Source of the DNA: Candidatus Thorarchaeota archaeon
Lineage (GTDB): Archaea; Asgardarchaeota; Thorarchaeia; Thorarchaeales; Thorarchaeaceae
Direction: 5' to 3'
Assembly: GCA_048884785.1 (NCBI GenBank)
Contig: JBHLQM010000036.1
Location: 1 to 18,794, forward strand
DNA: 18,794 nt
The number at the start of each line of letters is the position of its first letter. The first letter of the stretch is position 1. The notes under the pieces are model-generated. The model was not told where the DNA came from. It was given only the letters and a program-made list of their open reading frames with translations, and made no database searches. The position numbers and the translations under genes were made by a program. Of the stretch, positions 15,302 to 18,794 are shown one piece after another.

Positions 15302-16416
15302 CCAGTCATTATGGCGTCATATTCATCTAGCCAAGATTCTAGATTCGAAGCTATTTCGGCGCTTGAAAATAGTTCGTTCAGCAAATTAATGTCATCTGGA
15401 TGCAACGCATAATCAAAGGCTGGATCGAAGTCAACATCCATGTTTGCTGGAAACATCCACTGATTTAATGATATATAGCCCTGAACTGCAGGTGTCAAGC
15501 AATACTCAATGAAACTCTGGGCAAGTGATGGATTTGGGCCATTCTTAACCAAACCTATCCCCTCCACCTGCATCCAAGCATAATCGCTTCCTTCAAAATG
15601 TATTGGTGCTATAGCTGTATTGGGCGTTCCACCCGTATAATAGGCATCGTATGCAGGATCTGTCCCATAGCTAACAAGTAAATGCTTTGTTGGATCCGAA
15701 TCCCATTTCGTCCAAGCTTCGGTCCATCCCTCTTGAACATCAATACTGCCTTTCACACTGCTCCACCACTGAGTCCAGTCCTCTTCCATTAGTTTGTCAT
15801 AGACTGCTATTTGACCAAGCAAGAACGCCAGGCCGGGGCTACTGAAATGTGGATTTTCAGTTACCAAATATGAAGAAAGATCTGACAACCCAAGAAAAGT
15901 CATGTTCTCAATCTGCGGATGCGATGTTGCATTGATTTCCGAAGGTCTGTAAATGACTGTTACTAGTCCAAAATCAAATGGAACAATGTAATGCTCAGGA
16001 TCGAGGGCGTTTATTATAGAGCCTTCAATTAGGTCAAGGTTGGCCGGCGTGAATCGTTCAAGAACGCTTTTTGCGATGGCCTGCAAAATCAGTATATTGT
16101 CTATCCCAATGACCACATCCGCAACTGGATTTTCAGCCTCAGCCACAAGCCTTGAAACAATCCCATTTGCATCTGTCGAAAGGCGTTCAATCTTAATATC
16201 GACTCCATACTGCGCTTCAAAAGGAGAGAAGACGATATTGTCAATGGTGTCGGGGTCATCACCCCATAACATGAAACTATCATAGGTGTACACAGTAAAG
16301 GTGGGTCGTTGATATGTGAGGATGCCATATGATGCGATGGCGATAATTATGACTACTGCAATAGCCACAACTACCTTCTTTGGATCCCTACGAACAGGAT
16401 ACTCCGACTCTGACAT
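15298..16416 (-). CDS. thiB: Thiamine/TPP ABC transporter substrate-binding protein, N-terminally membrane-anchored
   Basis: ThiB motifs TVYTYDSF, ADVVIGIDN, PFDFG, ENP..SSPGLAFLL, GW.EAW, VSYGTDPAY, QVEG, QWMFPAN; a single N-terminal TM helix. Confidence 0.92.
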   Translation of the reverse strand: MSESEYPVRRDPKKVVVAIAVVIIIAIASYGILTYQRPTFTVYTYDSFMLWGDDPDTIDNIVFSPFEAQYGVDIKIERLSTDANGIVSRLVAEAENPVADVVIGIDNILILQAIAKSVLERFTPANLDLIEGSIINALDPEHYIVPFDFGLVTVIYRPSEINATSHPQIENMTFLGLSDLSSYLVTENPHFSSPGLAFLLGQIAVYDKLMEEDWTQWWSSVKGSIDVQEGWTEAWTKWDSDPTKHLLVSYGTDPAYDAYYTGGTPNTAIAPIHFEGSDYAWMQVEGIGLVKNGPNPSLAQSFIEYCLTPAVQGYISLNQWMFPANMDVDFDPAFDYALHPDDINLLNELFSSAEIASNLESWLDEYDAIMTG

Positions 16417-16444
16417 CTAGACTGCATCCTTTATATTGGTGTTA

Positions 16445-16459
16445 TACAACTCTGTTATA
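16445..16459. promoter_or_regulatory. Candidate ThiR operator TACAAC-TCT-GTTATA in the thiB/thiR divergent promoter
   Basis: Imperfect palindrome (5/6) overlapping a TATA-like TTGTATAA on the minus strand about 26-33 nt upstream of the thiB ATG. Confidence 0.5.
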
Positions 16460-16504
16460 GGAAATCACTCGAATAAATAGTTTGTTGCAGGAGTGTAGAA
16501 GTAA

Positions 16505-17434
16505 ATGCGTCCGCCGTGTGAACTTGTTCAACGTGAATACTTACCTGTGCTGAGATCCCGCCTGTCAAAGAAACTCAGGGAGCGTGGCTATTCTCAAAAT
16601 GATATTGCCGAATGCCTTGGTCTAACACAGGCGGCTGTGAGTAAATACCTCGCGCAAGATTATTCGCCAAATCCACTCAATGAAACAGTTGATATCACTG
16701 CCTCTCGGATGGCAAATATGATTATTCAAGAGAATTCAACGTCAGATTTGCTGGTAAAGGAAGTATGTGAAGCATGTATGAGCCTTCGTATTGGTGCCGA
16801 TATTTGCATGATGCATAGAGAATCTGTGCCATCTCTGCGCGATCCACAGTGCGAGATTTGTGCAAGTTTACTTGGTGGAGAGGACAAGTTTCTAGTTAAG
16901 AGAGCAAAGATTCTTGAAGAGATGACAGAGGCACTCAGACTAATCTACAAATCCAATTCATTTGCCAAGCTTGTGCCACAAGTCAGGGCAAATCTTGTCG
17001 CATGTAATAAGGATGCATCAAACATATCGGATGTAATAGGTGTACCCGGACGGATAACATTGATCGAAGGGAAGGCACGAGCTTTAGTTGGCCCACGATT
17101 TGGTGCATCAAAACATATGGCTCTACTGCTTCTAGAGGTCAGGAAGCTCTGGTCTGATGTCTTCGCTTGTCTATGTCTTAGTGGAAGAAGCGAAATCATA
17201 GAAGCTGCAAGAGAGGAAGGCGTGAGAATCATTGGCATCAAGGAATCTCAAAGCGATCCAGTTATGATTGCAGGACTTGTTCGAGAATCTAAAGCAAAAA
17301 GAAGACAAGGGATTGCAACTGGGATCCATGTTCCCGGAGGCATTGGAGTCGAGCCCATTCTATACCTCTTCGCAAAGAGCCCCCTCGAACTGAGTTCAAT
17401 AAGTGAGGCGCTGGGCTCACATCAGAGGTTCTAG
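16505..17434 (+). CDS. thiR: ThiR-type transcription regulator (XRE HTH, Cys-rich linker, ThiN-like thiamine-phosphate-binding domain)
   Basis: MRPPCE...LP..R......L...GYSQ.DIA..LGLTQAAVSKYL HTH; C..C...C..H...C..C linker; ThiN-like L.PQVR.NL, GVPGRIT, FGASKH.A, GG.G.EP..Y; divergent from thiBPQ. Confidence 0.88.
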   Translation: MRPPCELVQREYLPVLRSRLSKKLRERGYSQNDIAECLGLTQAAVSKYLAQDYSPNPLNETVDITASRMANMIIQENSTSDLLVKEVCEACMSLRIGADICMMHRESVPSLRDPQCEICASLLGGEDKFLVKRAKILEEMTEALRLIYKSNSFAKLVPQVRANLVACNKDASNISDVIGVPGRITLIEGKARALVGPRFGASKHMALLLLEVRKLWSDVFACLCLSGRSEIIEAAREEGVRIIGIKESQSDPVMIAGLVRESKAKRRQGIATGIHVPGGIGVEPILYLFAKSPLELSSISEALGSHQRF

Positions 17435-17510
17435 CGACACTGTTTGTGTTACATCGATTTATCTTTCAAACTTCTTTAGTACCGACAGAGGCTTTATCGA
17501 GCTGACAACA

Positions 17511-18374
17511 ATGGTCGAAATTCGGCAAGGGAAACTAAGTGATTGCAAGGATCTACTCACCGTATATCAAACAACTAGATGGTATTATTTGGAACGAGAG
17601 AACGGATATACTACTGTAGAGGATGTAAAGGCGGAACACCAGCTGCTTGGATTTAAGAACTGGGGTTGGTTGGTTGCTGAAAAGGACGGCATTGTGATTG
17701 GTGAAATCGTCTTTAGGGTTGAGAAGAACCCTGTTGCAGGCAGAATTGGAATTATCCGGAGCTTGGATGTTGATGTTCGCCATCAAAAGACCACTATTGG
17801 AACTCAGCTAACGAGAGCTGCAGAAAAGACTCTCAAGGAGAAACGAGCCGCCAGAGTTGTTTCTATTTCCCCTCCTGAAGCCTACAATTTCTGGATGAAA
17901 GTAGAATACTTCGCCAGAGGAAGCTTGGTGAATATCAATGTAAATCCCGAGAGGGTAAAGAAAGTATCTCCAAAGGGTATGAAGCCATTTGAAATTAAGA
18001 ACCTTGATAAACTCCCGAAATCAATGGAGTTTTCAAATTTGGCGGTACCTGGGCTGATTGTAGAAATGATTAACCAAATCAAGATGAAACAGAGCTCAGG
18101 CAAGTTGTATGAATTCTATCAATCAGATGCCTTGATTGGGATTGGCGCTTTAAGAAGAGTAACACCAAAGCTCGCGGAATTCGTGATTGATTGCACTCTT
18201 CTTGGTAAAACGCATTTTGGTTTTCTTGTTGACAAAATTGCCACTGCTGCAATCAGACTTGGAGTGAAGAGAATTCTGAGCAAAATCCCCAAAGACCAGG
18301 TTGACCTCTACAGATCTGTTGGGCGCTGGTCTGTTGAGGATGCTCGTGAGATTCCTGTGACTCGTCTGCTTTGA
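17511..18374 (+). CDS. GNAT-family acetyltransferase, probably with a second degenerate GNAT-like domain
   Basis: MVEIRQG..., WLVAEKDG.VIG, motif A LDVDVRHQKTTIGTQL..AAE, AYNFW.K..Y. Start set at ATG 17511 because the track start (17403) overlaps thiR. Confidence 0.8.
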   Translation: MVEIRQGKLSDCKDLLTVYQTTRWYYLERENGYTTVEDVKAEHQLLGFKNWGWLVAEKDGIVIGEIVFRVEKNPVAGRIGIIRSLDVDVRHQKTTIGTQLTRAAEKTLKEKRAARVVSISPPEAYNFWMKVEYFARGSLVNINVNPERVKKVSPKGMKPFEIKNLDKLPKSMEFSNLAVPGLIVEMINQIKMKQSSGKLYEFYQSDALIGIGALRRVTPKLAEFVIDCTLLGKTHFGFLVDKIATAAIRLGVKRILSKIPKDQVDLYRSVGRWSVEDAREIPVTRLL

Positions 18375-18376
18375 AT

Positions 18377-18794
18377 CTATTCAGACTCCGCCGTAATTAT
18401 TGGAAAGACCCAATTCATGAAGACCAAGATTCCTCCAAGTATCCAGATGCTTGCGAGATTGGCATGCCAAATGAGCAGCGGAATGGTTGTCACTCCAAGA
18501 ATAAGGAAAGAGCCGACTAGAACCACAAGGTATACCAAATCGAGAATGAGAATGGGTTTTATTGGCTGGCCGTCTTTCTTTCGGTAGAGGGGTATCAAAA
18601 GGGCCGCTCCAATAAGAATTCCAAGACTCGCAATTTCCTCAATTTTCATATTAGCAAATCCGAATGAGGTTTCATCTTCTGCCGATTCTCCTTCGTCAGT
18701 TTCTACAACGACTTTAAGGATGTGCTGCCACTTTGAGTATATATTCGTATCAATGTAGAATGTGAATTCTCCTGGAGAAACATGAGTATAATTA
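18377..18794 (-). CDS. C-terminal part of a larger membrane protein (Ig-like beta segment followed by 3 TM helices); runs off the right edge
   Basis: The frame of track ORF 18377..18649 stays open to the window edge: NYTHVSPGEFTFYIDTNIYSKWQHILKVVVETDEGESAEDETSFGFAN-MKIEE... Confidence 0.8.
   Translation of the reverse strand, partial: NYTHVSPGEFTFYIDTNIYSKWQHILKVVVETDEGESAEDETSFGFANMKIEEIASLGILIGAALLIPLYRKKDGQPIKPILILDLVYLVVLVGSFLILGVTTIPLLIWHANLASIWILGGILVFMNWVFPIITAESE

Noticed and set aside
16417-16504. TPP riboswitch upstream of thiB
   Set aside because: The spacer is only 88 bp, AT-rich, holds two promoters and lacks the conserved CUGAGA core; ThiR explains the regulation.
969-18103. 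Many 60-125 aa ORFs antisense to or nested in larger genes (e.g. 2004..2285, 5775..6071, 7555..7932, 9580..9870, 10490..10777, 15102..15389, 16945..17241)
   Set aside because: They overlap well-supported CDSs, show no recognisable motifs and look like shadow frames.
18377-18649. Stand-alone 90-aa membrane protein as listed in the ORF track
   Set aside because: The frame stays open to the window edge, so it is more likely the C-terminus of a longer protein.

Overview
An archaeal genomic window, very probably from an Asgard archaeon (Thorarchaeia-like; inferred from a gelsolin-domain protein next to a Roadblock/LC7 gene, an archaeal/eukaryote-type GlyRS, GGTGA-type ribosome-binding sites and oligo-T terminators). 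Left part: a partial secreted amidohydrolase and a membrane-anchored surface protein that share a duplicated promoter with a 20-bp palindrome, a membrane-tethered winged-helix regulator, two small hypothetical genes, a wHTH regulator and an orphan PAS-PAS histidine kinase. Middle: an unusual GNAT acetyltransferase fused to an SSB-type OB fold, a HAD hydrolase, a SAM methyltransferase, a DUF6326-like membrane protein and glycyl-tRNA synthetase. Right: a two-gene gelsolin(1DGelX-like)-Roadblock unit, a thiamine ABC transporter (thiBPQ) with a divergent ThiR-type regulator, a GNAT protein and the 3' end of a large membrane protein. I found no rRNA, tRNA, CRISPR array or transposase. The best candidates for new biology are the GNAT-SSB fusion, the gelsolin/polyproline-Roadblock unit and the dispersed ACTTCGAG-N4-CTCGAAGT element. 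All family calls come from motif recognition by eye; no database searches were run.
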